DNA from: Gemmatimonadota bacterium
GTDB lineage: Bacteria; Gemmatimonadota; Gemmatimonadetes; Palauibacterales; Palauibacteraceae
Direction of reading: 5' to 3'
Length of the DNA stretch: 64,000 nucleotides
Assembly (NCBI GenBank): GCA_039588495.1
Contig: JBDGZR010000007.1
Location: 2,301-66,300 of the forward strand
Under the pieces are notes generated by a model. It was not told the DNA's origin and made no database searches. It saw only the letters and a program-made list of their open reading frames with translations. Shown here in pieces: positions 55,205-64,000 of the stretch. A program made the translations under genes and the position numbers. Numbering within the stretch: position 1 is the stretch's first letter; each line of letters starts with the position of its first letter.

Positions 55205-57199
55205 ATGAAGACCCGTGCCCTGGCCGCATTGATACTCAGCCTCGCGGCGGTCGTCCCGATCTCACGGTGGGCGGCCTCATCCGCCGCCTCCTCCGATGTC
55301 CCAAACGTGCCGTCCAGGACGGAGCTCGACACGCCGGAGGCAACGACTGACGTGCCCGACGTCACCTTTTCCGGCGTCGTTCGGGACGGGGATACGGGCC
55401 GGCCCCTATCCGGCGCGGAGGTTGTCCTCGAGGGAACCTCTCACGTCGCCCTGACGGATGCGGACGGCCGGTTCTTCATCGTCATCGCTGACGACGCCCT
55501 CCTGGGCACTACCGTGACCCTGGTGGCGCGGCTGGCTGGCTACGAGGAGGCACGTCGGGAGGTGCGCGTCAGCCGCGCGAGCGTACGGGTCGAGTTCAGG
55601 CTCACGCCGCTCATCGTGGCGCTCGAGGAGATGGTCGTCGACAACGCCGAGGCGAAAGCGCCCCCCGGTGTCGCCGGGGACGTGAGGTTCTACGCCGCGC
55701 AGGCGTCGATGGCGGGCGGGCGAGGCCGTCTCAAGGGCCGGTACAACCCCAACTTCCACACCGAGAGCTACGCACGCATCGATGAGAACCCGTGGCTCGC
55801 CGTCGAGAACAACCCGCTCTCGACCTTCTCGATCGACGTGGACCGCGCCTCGTACACGAACGTCCGGCGTCTCATCCTGGGCGGCGATCGCCCGCCGATC
55901 GACGCGGTGCGCATCGAGGAGATGGTCAACTACTTCACGTACGATTACCCCGACGTTAACGGGGAGCACCCGTTCGGGATCACGACCGACGTGGCGAACG
56001 CACCGTGGAGGCCGCAGCACCGGCTGGTTCGAATCGGGGTGCAGGGACGTCGCATGGACCTTGATGAGCTGCCTCCAAGCAACCTGGTCTTCCTGCTCGA
56101 CGTCTCGGGTTCGATGCAGCCCTACAACAAGCTGCCGCTCCTCAAGAAGTCCCTGCGCCTTTTGGTGAACGAGCTCCGCCCCGAGGATCGCGTCGCAATC
56201 GTCGTCTACGCGGGTGCGGCCGGGGTGGTGCTCCCTTCCGAGTCGGGCCGCGAGAAGGAGAAGATCCTCGACGCGCTCGAGGGCCTCGAAGCTGGCGGCT
56301 CCACGGCGGGCGGCGCCGGTATCTCGCTCGCCTACAAGATGGGGGCGGATAACTTCATCGAGGGGGGCAACAACCGGGTGATCCTCGCCACCGATGGCGA
56401 CTTCAACATCGGCGCGTCGAGCGACGCCGAGATGGTCCGCCTGATCGAAGAGAAGAGGAAGCACGGCATCTTCCTCACGGTACTCGGCTTCGGGATGGGT
56501 AACCTGAAGGACTCCAAGATGGAGGCGCTCGCCGATCACGGGAACGGCAACTACGCGTACATCGACAACCTGCTCGAGGCGCGGAAGGTCCTCGTCACGG
56601 AGATGGGCGGGACGCTCCTGACGATCGCGAAGGACGTGAAGATCCAGGTCGAGTTCAACCCGGCGCGAGTGCAGGCCTACCGGCTGATCGGGTACGAGAA
56701 CCGGCTGCTGGCCGCCGAGGATTTCAACGACGACGCGAAGGACGCGGGCGAGCTGGGGGCCGGCCACTCGGTGACCGCGCTCTACGAGGTCGTGCCCGTT
56801 GGGGCTCCGTCAGTGAAGACGGGGTCGGTCGATCCGCTCCGCTACCAGCGACCCGAGGAGGGATCGGAAGAGGACGCATCGGAGGCCCGACGCGCCGGTG
56901 AGGAAGACGAGCTGCTGTTCGTGAAGCTCCGCTACAAGGCACCCGACGGCGACCGCAGCCGGCTGATCGAGTTGCCGGTGCCGGACCGGGCCGCAGAGGC
57001 CTCGACCGATCTGCGCTTCGCGGCCTCGGTCGCAGCGTTCGGCATGCTGCTTCGCGACTCGGAACAGTGCGGAGACTTCACGCTGGCCGAGGTGTCCCGA
57101 CTCGCCCGCGGCTCGCTGGGCGAGGACCGGCATGGCTACCGCGCCGAGTTCGTCCGCCTCGTGGAAGCGACGCGGGAGCTGAGCCTGCTCGAAAGCTAG
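55205..57199 (+). CDS. secreted von Willebrand factor A (vWA) domain protein with an N-terminal carboxypeptidase-regulatory-like domain and a C-terminal DUF3520-like region (YfbK-like)
   Basis: Start at MKTRALAALILSLAAVV (signal peptide) behind an AGAGGAGA RBS. The CarbopepD-reg-like part is VTFSGVVRDGDTGRPLSGAEVVLEG. The vWA MIDAS site is LVFLLDVSGSM. The ORF-track ORF starts earlier, at 55112. Confidence 0.75.
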   Translation: MKTRALAALILSLAAVVPISRWAASSAASSDVPNVPSRTELDTPEATTDVPDVTFSGVVRDGDTGRPLSGAEVVLEGTSHVALTDADGRFFIVIADDALLGTTVTLVARLAGYEEARREVRVSRASVRVEFRLTPLIVALEEMVVDNAEAKAPPGVAGDVRFYAAQASMAGGRGRLKGRYNPNFHTESYARIDENPWLAVENNPLSTFSIDVDRASYTNVRRLILGGDRPPIDAVRIEEMVNYFTYDYPDVNGEHPFGITTDVANAPWRPQHRLVRIGVQGRRMDLDELPPSNLVFLLDVSGSMQPYNKLPLLKKSLRLLVNELRPEDRVAIVVYAGAAGVVLPSESGREKEKILDALEGLEAGGSTAGGAGISLAYKMGADNFIEGGNNRVILATDGDFNIGASSDAEMVRLIEEKRKHGIFLTVLGFGMGNLKDSKMEALADHGNGNYAYIDNLLEARKVLVTEMGGTLLTIAKDVKIQVEFNPARVQAYRLIGYENRLLAAEDFNDDAKDAGELGAGHSVTALYEVVPVGAPSVKTGSVDPLRYQRPEEGSEEDASEARRAGEEDELLFVKLRYKAPDGDRSRLIELPVPDRAAEASTDLRFAASVAAFGMLLRDSEQCGDFTLAEVSRLARGSLGEDRHGYRAEFVRLVEATRELSLLES

Positions 57200-57215
57200 T
57201 CCGCTTCGGCCTCCT

Positions 57216-58106
57216 CTAGGCCGCCTCGTAGGCCGGAACCAGAACCTCGGCCGCGAACGTCTCGAGGGACGTGGGCGTGGTGTTGGCGGCCAAGCGGCCC
57301 TCCAGCGACCTGACCAATCCGTCGTTGAACGCCCGGGCCATCTCCGAGTAGAGCGCGGCTATGCTCGCCGAGATGCCCATCTGGGCGAGCGCGGCCTCGA
57401 AGTCCTCGTACGGAAACTGTACGTAGGGCAGCTCCGGAATTCCGATCGCATCCCCGATGATTCCGTTCGCCTCCGCCATCGTGAGGTCTCGCGGCCCGAG
57501 GAGCTCCCGGACGACGAAGCCCGAGAAATCCGGCGCCATCAGCGCTTCCGCCGCCGCCTCTGCGATGTCCATCGTGGCGATCATCGGCAGCGAGGTGTCC
57601 GGAGCGATCGCGCTCCCGTTGATCCCCTGATGCTTGATCAAACCCAATGTCTCGAGGTGGTTCTCGAAGAAGAACCCGGGACGCAGCGCCAGCACATCGA
57701 CTCCCTCGAGCGACCGCAACCGCCCTTCCTGCCGGTGCAGCCCGGCGATCGGTCCGGTACCCGCCGGCTGATCGGCTCCGACGCTGCTGAGGAAGACGAC
57801 ACGGCCGACGCCGGCCTCCCGGATCGCCCTGACGATCGCCTCACCGGCCTGATCCTGGAACGCCGGATAGTCCTCGACCACGACGCTCGGTGGAATCAGG
57901 GTGTAGACCGCGTCGGCGCCGCTGAAGGCACCGGTCAGGTAATCCGCATCCGTGGCCTCGCCCACCGCCGCCTCCGCACCCTTGTCGACCAGGCCGGCGA
58001 GCCGCTCCGTCGATCGACCCAGCGCGCGTACCTCCGACCCCGCCGCGAGCAGTCGCTCGCTGATCAGGCGTCCCGTGTGTCCCGTCGCACCCATCACTGC
58101 GATCAC
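57216..58106 (-). CDS. NmrA-like NAD(P)H-binding protein (atypical SDR)
   Basis: MIAVMGATGHTGRLISERLL is a Rossmann GxxGxxG motif. 296 aa. Confidence 0.7.
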   Translation of the reverse strand: MIAVMGATGHTGRLISERLLAAGSEVRALGRSTERLAGLVDKGAEAAVGEATDADYLTGAFSGADAVYTLIPPSVVVEDYPAFQDQAGEAIVRAIREAGVGRVVFLSSVGADQPAGTGPIAGLHRQEGRLRSLEGVDVLALRPGFFFENHLETLGLIKHQGINGSAIAPDTSLPMIATMDIAEAAAEALMAPDFSGFVVRELLGPRDLTMAEANGIIGDAIGIPELPYVQFPYEDFEAALAQMGISASIAALYSEMARAFNDGLVRSLEGRLAANTTPTSLETFAAEVLVPAYEAA

Positions 58107-58124
58107 CGCCGCCTCCTTGGTTGG

Positions 58125-59909
58125 CTATTCCGGTCTCGCCTCCGTCGGCTCGAGCGCGGGAACCCCCTCCCGCCGTGCAGCCAGCAGTCGCCGCACGGCG
58201 GCCACCGCCTCGAACAGGAGCCAGAGCTCGAGCACGAAGATAGCGCCACCGACCACGAGGAGAAGCGTCTGGCTCTCGCTCCGGTACCTGATGAGGTTGA
58301 GGACCATCGCCCAGGTCGTCATGACGAGGACGAAGCTCATCGGCACGACCGTGACCCAGGCCGGCCGCCTCAGCCTGAGCAGGAAGAGGCTGACGATCAG
58401 GAGCGTGAGTCCCGCCAGCAGCTGGTTCGTGGTCCCGAACAGGGGCCAGATCCGCATCCCGCCCGCTCCCCGGTCCAGGCCGAGGGCCAGGAGGGCGGAG
58501 CTGCCAACCGCCACCAGCGTGGCCAGCCACCTGTTCTGAAGCACCTTCACGCGGTACTGGACGCCCAGCTCACCGATGATGTAGCGCTGGAGCCGAACGC
58601 TCGTGTCGAGGCTGGTGGCCGCGAAGCTGATCACGATCACTGCGGCGAAGATCGTGGCCACGGCATGCGGGATGCCCAGGCCCTCGGCGATCACGCCGAC
58701 CCCGTTCACGAAGGCCGTCGTCGCGCCGGCAGAGGCGCTGGCCCACGAGCCGTAGTGCTCGTGCCAGCCGTCGAGCCCCACGAAGAGGGCGAACCCGGCC
58801 GTCGTGGCGATGATGGAGGTGACCGCCAGGGTCCCTTCCCCGAGGGCGCCGCCATAGCCGACGTATCTGGCGTCCGTCTGTTTGGAGAGCTGCTTCGAGG
58901 ACGTGCCGGACCCAACCAGGCCGTGGAAGCCGCTGATCGCCCCGCAGGCGATCGTGATGAACAGCAGGGGCAGCCAGTTCGGAGCGTCGGCAGGCAGGCT
59001 CAGGTTGATGGCGGGGGCGACGACGCGCGGGTTGGTGACGAACACGCCCGCCCCGATCAGCGCCAGGGCGACGAAGAGCTGGTGGCCGTTCACGTAGTCG
59101 CGGGGCTGGAGGAGCAGCCACACCGGGAGGACGCTGGCGAAGAACGTGTAGACGAACAGCACCACGATCCAGCCCACTCGTTGGCCATCCGCCCGGGCCG
59201 CCTCCGCCGCCAGCCCCGCGTCGCCACCGGCCGCCTGCATCTCGGCCGCGGTGGGGCCGAAGCCGATCATGTCAGGGAGCTCGAACGGCACATACTGCCC
59301 GAACCAGATGAGCGCGTAGAGTATCAGCAGGGCCGCGATCGAAGGCAGCAGGATGCCGGCGCCGGTCCGGTAGATCAGGAATCCCACGACCAACGCCACG
59401 GCCAGCGACCCCCAGACGGGAAGCACCGCGCCGGGGTTGCTCATGAACAGGTTGGCGATGATCACCGCGAACACCGCGTTGACCATCAGGAGCAGGAAGA
59501 AGATCACGAACAGGAAGAGCACCCTGGCCCGGTCTCCGATGATCGACTGCGTGAGCGTGCCTATCGAGTTGCCCTTGTGACGCGTGGAGATCCACAGGGC
59601 GGCGAAATCGTGTACCGCCCCCGCGAACACGGTTCCCAGCACGACCCAGAGAAAGGCGGGCAGCCAGCCCCAGATCACGGCGATCGCCGGACCCACGATC
59701 GGCGCCGCCCCCGCCACCGAGGTGAAGTGGTGGCCGAAGAGCACGTGCTTGTTGGTCGGCACGTAGTCGACGCCGTCCTCGAACTGATGCGCCGGCGTGA
59801 CGAAGTCGGGATCCAGCTGGTATATGCGCCGGGCGATGTAGCGCGAGTAGACGAGGTAGCCGGTCACAAAGGCCGAGACTCCGACGACGAGCAGGACGAT
59901 GGCGCTCAC
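58125..59909 (-). CDS. cstA: carbon starvation protein A family transporter (CstA/BtsT-like)
   Basis: 594 aa, about 16 TM helices. CstA N-terminal signature (TPAHQFEDGVDYVPTNKHVLFGHHFTSVAGAAPIVGPA). Confidence 0.85.
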   Translation of the reverse strand: MSAIVLLVVGVSAFVTGYLVYSRYIARRIYQLDPDFVTPAHQFEDGVDYVPTNKHVLFGHHFTSVAGAAPIVGPAIAVIWGWLPAFLWVVLGTVFAGAVHDFAALWISTRHKGNSIGTLTQSIIGDRARVLFLFVIFFLLLMVNAVFAVIIANLFMSNPGAVLPVWGSLAVALVVGFLIYRTGAGILLPSIAALLILYALIWFGQYVPFELPDMIGFGPTAAEMQAAGGDAGLAAEAARADGQRVGWIVVLFVYTFFASVLPVWLLLQPRDYVNGHQLFVALALIGAGVFVTNPRVVAPAINLSLPADAPNWLPLLFITIACGAISGFHGLVGSGTSSKQLSKQTDARYVGYGGALGEGTLAVTSIIATTAGFALFVGLDGWHEHYGSWASASAGATTAFVNGVGVIAEGLGIPHAVATIFAAVIVISFAATSLDTSVRLQRYIIGELGVQYRVKVLQNRWLATLVAVGSSALLALGLDRGAGGMRIWPLFGTTNQLLAGLTLLIVSLFLLRLRRPAWVTVVPMSFVLVMTTWAMVLNLIRYRSESQTLLLVVGGAIFVLELWLLFEAVAAVRRLLAARREGVPALEPTEARPE

Positions 59910-60976
59910 GCCGAGCTCTCCGCGTCGCCGCCGTCAATCTCGATCATAGTCTCATGTGTTGTCTCAGGTAGCATGCCGTAAGTGCCCCATAATGATTTAC
60001 CTAACTCGCGGATAGCATCGGTCCCTACGGGATCTTCCTCCCGCATCGTGACGCGCCAAAGCGGCCACTCTCCAAGATCCTCCTGGATCTTCGCCAGGTA
60101 TTCCGCCTGCCTGGCCTTCCGCCGGTCCACGAAGTCGCCGACAAGATCGTCCGGCAATACCTGATTCACCAGAATCCCGGCGACGGGGATGCCGTGCTTT
60201 CCGAGCGCCCGCGCCGCCCTTCGCGTTTCCCAGATCGGGAGGCGTTCCGGCAGCACGACGAAGACGAACGCCGTTTGCTCGGCATCCGTCAGCACGCCAC
60301 GGGCTCTCAGGAAACGGGCGCGGCGCTCCTCCAGGGCCTGCAGGACGGGATCGTCATCCGAGGGCGCGTCCTCGGCCGCGGCGCCCGCCACGTTCCTCCA
60401 CATTCGGCCCGCGGCAGTCAGCTTGCGGCGGCGGCCGATCAGGCCGGTGATCCAGGCGGACATCTGCTCCGGGAGCGAGAGAAGCTGCAGGGTATGACCG
60501 GTGGGAGCGGTGTCGAAGACGACCCGGTCGAATTCCCTGCCCTCCTCCTCGAGGATGCGCGTGAAACGCTCGAACAGGGCCGCTTCCGTCGCTCCGGGCG
60601 AGGCACGGGCGATGTCGATCTGACGCTCGACCTCCGCCACAAGGCGCGGCGCCACCGACTCGGCGATCCGCCCTTTGACGTCCGCTATGTACCGATCCGC
60701 CTCTCGCTCGGGGGCGAGCTCCATCGCCCAGCAGTCCGCGACCACCGGTCTCGGATCGGGGCCCAGGTCGGCGCCGAGGATGTCGCTTGTGGAATGCGCC
60801 GGATCGGTCGACACGAGCAGCGTGCGGAGCCGCCGATCCGCCAAAGCCAACGCCGTGGCCGAGGCCAGGGTCGTCTTTCCAACGCCACCCTTACCCCCGA
60901 AGAAGATGAGCCTGCGGCTCAGCAACAGCGAAACCCCCCTTCGGGAGGGGTCTCCAGCCCCAACCGGAGGTGCCAC
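59906..60976 (-). CDS. ArsA/Get3-family P-loop ATPase, single domain
   Basis: RLIFFGGKGGVGKTT (deviant Walker A) and DTAPTGHTLQLL match the ArsA/Get3 family. The stop overlaps the cstA start by 4 nt. An alternative TTG start lies 17 codons in, directly before the P-loop. Confidence 0.75.
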   Translation of the reverse strand: MAPPVGAGDPSRRGVSLLLSRRLIFFGGKGGVGKTTLASATALALADRRLRTLLVSTDPAHSTSDILGADLGPDPRPVVADCWAMELAPEREADRYIADVKGRIAESVAPRLVAEVERQIDIARASPGATEAALFERFTRILEEEGREFDRVVFDTAPTGHTLQLLSLPEQMSAWITGLIGRRRKLTAAGRMWRNVAGAAAEDAPSDDDPVLQALEERRARFLRARGVLTDAEQTAFVFVVLPERLPIWETRRAARALGKHGIPVAGILVNQVLPDDLVGDFVDRRKARQAEYLAKIQEDLGEWPLWRVTMREEDPVGTDAIRELGKSLWGTYGMLPETTHETMIEIDGGDAESSA

Positions 60977-61224
60977 TCGTGGAAACTCTCGATGAGCTCG
61001 GGATACAGCTCCAGCAGGTAGAACTGCGTCGGGTTCGGGACGCCGAGGAGATCCGAGAAGCCGGCGAGAAAGAAGAGATCGCGCTGCCGCAGGTACTCAC
61101 GGTGGATCTCGGCCCGGTAGGGGGCGATGTACATGCCCTCGTAGATCTCCCGCGCGCTGCGGAGTCGGCGCTTCACGGATGCCCAGATGCGATGTCGCAG
61201 ACTCGCGTCCCGGCGCCTTCGCAT
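60919..61224 (-). CDS. hypothetical small basic protein (~101 aa)
   Basis: ORF MRRRRDASLRHRIWASVKRRL...FHEWHLRLGLETPPEGGFRCC with high GC3. No homology recognised. It ends within the first codons of the ArsA-like gene. Confidence 0.3.
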   Translation of the reverse strand: MRRRRDASLRHRIWASVKRRLRSAREIYEGMYIAPYRAEIHREYLRQRDLFFLAGFSDLLGVPNPTQFYLLELYPELIESFHEWHLRLGLETPPEGGFRCC

Positions 61225-61232
61225 CGAGCCGG

Positions 61233-61724
61233 TCAGCTCTCGGCGCGGCGAATCGCGCCGGCCTCGATCAGTCGATTGCGGATGCGCTCGACGCGCCGCC
61301 GGTTCACCCCAAAATCGGAGGTCCCGATCCGTGAGGCAGACCGCACGGCGATCACGCCCTCCTCGGAGCGGAGATGAAACTCCACGTCGTCCACGAATCG
61401 AAACAAGCGGCTCGTCTCCTCGGCGTGAATGTAATCGACGGTCCGGGTGAGGACTCGTGTGCGCGCGCTCGATGAGAGCACATCCTGCAGTGCGTCCCAC
61501 GCCGCATCGGCCTCTATGGCGAGGCGAAAGGGCTCGATTCCGTGCTCCGAATCCGAGTCATCGCTACACACGCAGTTGGAGGTGGAAGGACAGGGCGACA
61601 GACGCGATTCGGTGACGCCCAGGTTGTCCGGTCGAGACCCGCCGCAGCCGATCGCCAGACCGGCGACCAGGACGACGCCGCTTACGGGTCGACGCGCGCC
61701 AGCTCGAAGAATACTCCCTCCCAT
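61233..61724 (-). CDS. DUF1499-family lipoprotein
   Basis: Lipobox LVAGLAIGC, then SPCPSTSNCVCS (the DUF1499 CP-S-PNCV motif). The ORF-track ORF is longer, up to 62075. The start is uncertain. Confidence 0.55.
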   Translation of the reverse strand: MGGSILRAGARRPVSGVVLVAGLAIGCGGSRPDNLGVTESRLSPCPSTSNCVCSDDSDSEHGIEPFRLAIEADAAWDALQDVLSSSARTRVLTRTVDYIHAEETSRLFRFVDDVEFHLRSEEGVIAVRSASRIGTSDFGVNRRRVERIRNRLIEAGAIRRAES

Positions 61725-62140
61725 ATCGTGAGCAGCGAGCCATCGGCCCGGAGAATCAGCAGCGAGCCCGGGCCGGCCCAAGCGGCGGCGCAGCCGACCT
61801 CGACCATCTGAATGGAACCGGTCAGGTCGAGGAAGGCGGGATCGAGGCGATAGTCGGAGCCGAAATCCGCCGGATCGACCTCGCGATCCGAGTAAGCGGG
61901 CGGGCGGCAGCCTCGGTCGCCAAAACGGGCCTCGGCCGCCGAGAAGGTGGCCTCCGTACCCACGAGCGCCTGCGCCTCTTCCGCCGTCAGCGCGTGGAAG
62001 CCCGGCATATCGTAACCGATCACCTCCCAACGACCGATGTACCCGGGCTCTGGTCCCCGCTCCGACGGCCCGCACGCAAGCGTCAGACAGACGAGCAGCA
62101 GTTGCGAAACTCCAATCGCACCGCGCCTGAACATCGGCAT
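61682..62140 (-). CDS. hypothetical lipoprotein
   Basis: Start at MPMFRRGAIGVSQLLLVCLTLAC (lipobox LTLAC). No recognised domain. Confidence 0.4.
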   Translation of the reverse strand: MPMFRRGAIGVSQLLLVCLTLACGPSERGPEPGYIGRWEVIGYDMPGFHALTAEEAQALVGTEATFSAAEARFGDRGCRPPAYSDREVDPADFGSDYRLDPAFLDLTGSIQMVEVGCAAAWAGPGSLLILRADGSLLTIWEGVFFELARVDP

Positions 62141-62712
62141 CAGCCGCACGCGTCGTAGCCCCTGACCGGTACGCCGCGCTTCATCTCGAGCCACCCCTCG
62201 CGGCCGTCGTTCGTTCGGACCTTCACCCACCATACGGTGACTGGATCGGCCTCTGTCCAGGCCGGCATTTCGATGCCAGGCGGATCTTCCGGAGTGTCCC
62301 AGAAGGCCTCGACCTCCCAGGTCGAGCCGTCCACCCAGAGGTTGAAGAACCCTTCGCCCAGGTAGTCGAGAGCGTACACGGTGTCGCCCGGAGCGAACCG
62401 AAGGCTGTCGAGGCCGGTCTCACCCGGCCGCAGCGCGAGGGCTGCATGCCGTTCTCTCACCACGACTACGCCCGGCTCGAGCACGTGCACCTCTCCGGTG
62501 AGCGCGACGAACAGCTCCTCTTCTCGAAGAGTGAAGAGCGTGTCGCGCTCGGGGCCTCGCTGGGCGAGGACCGGTAAATCGCCCAGCGCCATCCAGGCGC
62601 CGTAGACGCAGCACTCGCCCGGACAAGCCCCGTTCCGGACCAGCGGGAAGTCGAGATCCGCCTGGCCGCGGAGCGTAGCCGGAACGACCAGCATCGCGAC
62701 CGCCACGAGCAT
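62140..62712 (-). CDS. hypothetical secreted protein
   Basis: The start at MLVAVAMLVVPATLRGQA gives a signal peptide. Cys-rich (CPGECC). The ORF-track ORF extends to 62919. Confidence 0.4.
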   Translation of the reverse strand: MLVAVAMLVVPATLRGQADLDFPLVRNGACPGECCVYGAWMALGDLPVLAQRGPERDTLFTLREEELFVALTGEVHVLEPGVVVVRERHAALALRPGETGLDSLRFAPGDTVYALDYLGEGFFNLWVDGSTWEVEAFWDTPEDPPGIEMPAWTEADPVTVWWVKVRTNDGREGWLEMKRGVPVRGYDACG

Positions 62713-62765
62713 TCCGGACGCTGCTGCTCGTCGAGCTCCGCAAAGGGCCCTGCTGGGACGCACGC

Positions 62766-63635
62766 TCACGCCGGCACACCCGTCAGTCGTGCACTCTCGT
62801 TCCACAGCTCCTCGGCCAGCTCCCGGTCGTACGCCTGATCCGCCGCCTTCGACTCCTCCTCCACATGAAAGTATCGGCCGTCCACATCCGTCGCCGCCGC
62901 TTCGACGGCCACGCGGCACACGGCCCTGCCGCCCGTGGAGGGCCGCTTCATGAACGGCTTGAAGGCCCGCATCATGAGGCTCAGCGGGTTGAGGTTCTGG
63001 TTCCAGATGCGCGTCGAGAGCACCCCCGGATGAAGCGCGGCTGCCGTGATGCCGGCCTCGCCCATCCTCCGGGAAAGCTCGAAGGCGAACAGCACGTTGG
63101 CGAGCTTGGAGTCCGCATACGCCTGGAGACCCTTGAACGGGATGCGTGCGGTCAGGATGTCCTCCAGAGGCGCCTTCCTCAGGTCTCCGCTGCGGTGGCC
63201 GTCCGAGCTGACGTTGATCACGCGCCCGCCGGCCTCCGTGAGCTGGTCCACAAGCAGGTGAGTGAGGACGAAATGGCCCAGGTGATTGACCGCCATCGTC
63301 ATCTCGAAACCGTCTTCCGTCATCTCGCGCCGGGCCCGGTAGACGCCGGCGTTGTTGACGAGCACATCGATGGAGCCCGCGGCGGCTAGCCGTGAGGCAA
63401 GATCCCGCACCGAGCTCAGCGATGAGAGGTCGGCCACCTCGAGCCGAACCCGGGAATCGGAGCTCTCCTTCCGGACTGCGTCGAGCGCCGCGCTTCCACG
63501 CTGCTCGCTTCGGCAGACCATCACGACCGACGCCCCTCCAGCGGCGAGCAGCCCCGTGGCTGACCGACCGACTCCCGAGTTCGCACCCGTCACCACGGCC
63601 AGCAGATCGGCGGCGGAATCACTCATCCGCGGCAC
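62766..63635 (-). CDS. short-chain dehydrogenase/reductase (SDR)
   Basis: VVTGANSGVGRSA (TGxxxGxG), NNAG, and a catalytic Y-x3-K region (YADSKLANVLFAFEL). Confidence 0.8.
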   Translation of the reverse strand: MPRMSDSAADLLAVVTGANSGVGRSATGLLAAGGASVVMVCRSEQRGSAALDAVRKESSDSRVRLEVADLSSLSSVRDLASRLAAAGSIDVLVNNAGVYRARREMTEDGFEMTMAVNHLGHFVLTHLLVDQLTEAGGRVINVSSDGHRSGDLRKAPLEDILTARIPFKGLQAYADSKLANVLFAFELSRRMGEAGITAAALHPGVLSTRIWNQNLNPLSLMMRAFKPFMKRPSTGGRAVCRVAVEAAATDVDGRYFHVEEESKAADQAYDRELAEELWNESARLTGVPA

Positions 63636-64000
63636 GCCTCCGACGGATCGCCGGTGTTCGTGGCAGCGGCCGCCGCCTGCAGCAGCGCCGCCGTCTCCTC
63701 ATCCAGGGTCAGGTCGGGCGCATGGGAGGAATCCAACTCCAGGGCAACGGGAAGTCCCCTGGGATCGGAGCCCGTCAGCCGGCCATATATGACGAGCGCC
63801 GCCAGATAGGTGGCGGCAGGACTCGGGTGAAAGGCGTCCGGCCCGTACAGACCGAGATCCGGATCGCGGCACCAGGCCTGGCGCCACGCATCTCCGACGG
63901 GAAACAGCATGCCATCCGCCGAGTCCGCGGCCATCGCGTACGACTCGAGCACGCCCTCGAAGTCGTAGCGGCGCGTGCTCGCCGGCCACACCATGTAGAG
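63623..64000 (-). CDS. C-terminal fragment of a probable SGNH/GDSL-type hydrolase; the gene continues past the window end
   Basis: GPDAFHPSPAATYLAALVIY resembles SGNH block V (DxxH). The 5' part of the gene lies outside the window. Confidence 0.35.
   Translation of the reverse strand, partial: LYMVWPASTRRYDFEGVLESYAMAADSADGMLFPVGDAWRQAWCRDPDLGLYGPDAFHPSPAATYLAALVIYGRLTGSDPRGLPVALELDSSHAPDLTLDEETAALLQAAAAATNTGDPSEACRG

Noticed and set aside
57630-59981. 783-aa plus-strand ORF
   Set aside because: It is antisense to the cstA and NmrA genes, which have clear family signatures. The translation is an Arg/Pro/Gly-rich low-complexity sequence typical of stop-poor frames in ~68% GC DNA.

Overview
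This 64-kb window is a high-GC, gene-dense bacterial chromosome segment, probably from a diderm given the many signal-peptide, lipoprotein and beta-barrel outer-membrane genes. I found no rRNA, tRNA, CRISPR array, transposase or integrase. I call about 55 protein-coding genes. The six-frame track also contains many long antisense or alternate-frame ORFs that I treat as GC artefacts. In order along the window: (i) glgB (5' truncated) convergent with an alpha-glucan phosphorylase gene, then a hemolysin-III channel gene. (ii) At 5.9-18.3 kb, a co-directional, translationally coupled 8-gene cluster (including GTGA start/stop overlaps). It encodes an XdhD-like 2Fe-2S + molybdopterin hydroxylase with no FAD domain, a YgfK/DPD-like flavin + 2x[4Fe-4S] protein, a cyclic amidohydrolase (hydantoinase/dihydropyrimidinase), an SsnA-like aminohydrolase, a TrpB-like PLP enzyme, a YgeY-like M20 peptidase, a YgeW-like carbamoyltransferase and a cysteine-synthase/ThrC-like PLP enzyme. 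This content resembles the E. coli ygeW-ygeX-ygeY-hyuA-ygfK-ssnA-xdhD locus and clostridial anaerobic purine/urate degradation loci, and it is the most interesting system in the window. (iii) proC and a DUF983 gene diverge across an intergenic region carrying a palindrome and a direct repeat. (iv) An operon pairs a di-haem cytochrome c peroxidase with an 889-aa protein made of two tandem tryptophanase-like domains. (v) A three-gene 2-oxoacid:ferredoxin oxidoreductase operon has its gamma and delta subunits fused around a GltD-like NAD(P)H flavoprotein, and is followed by a nitroreductase-family lipoprotein. (vi) A feoB operon is led by a DtxR-like regulator fused to two FeoA domains. (vii) An ArsA/Get3-like ATPase is coupled to cstA. 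The rest is a CDF transporter, a DoxX protein, a GMC oxidoreductase pair, a DEAD-box helicase, an NCS2 nucleobase permease, a GGDEF-EAL protein, a vWA protein and numerous outer-membrane and secreted proteins. There are also several short tandem DNA repeats. Coordinates I derived myself may be off by 1-2 nt.
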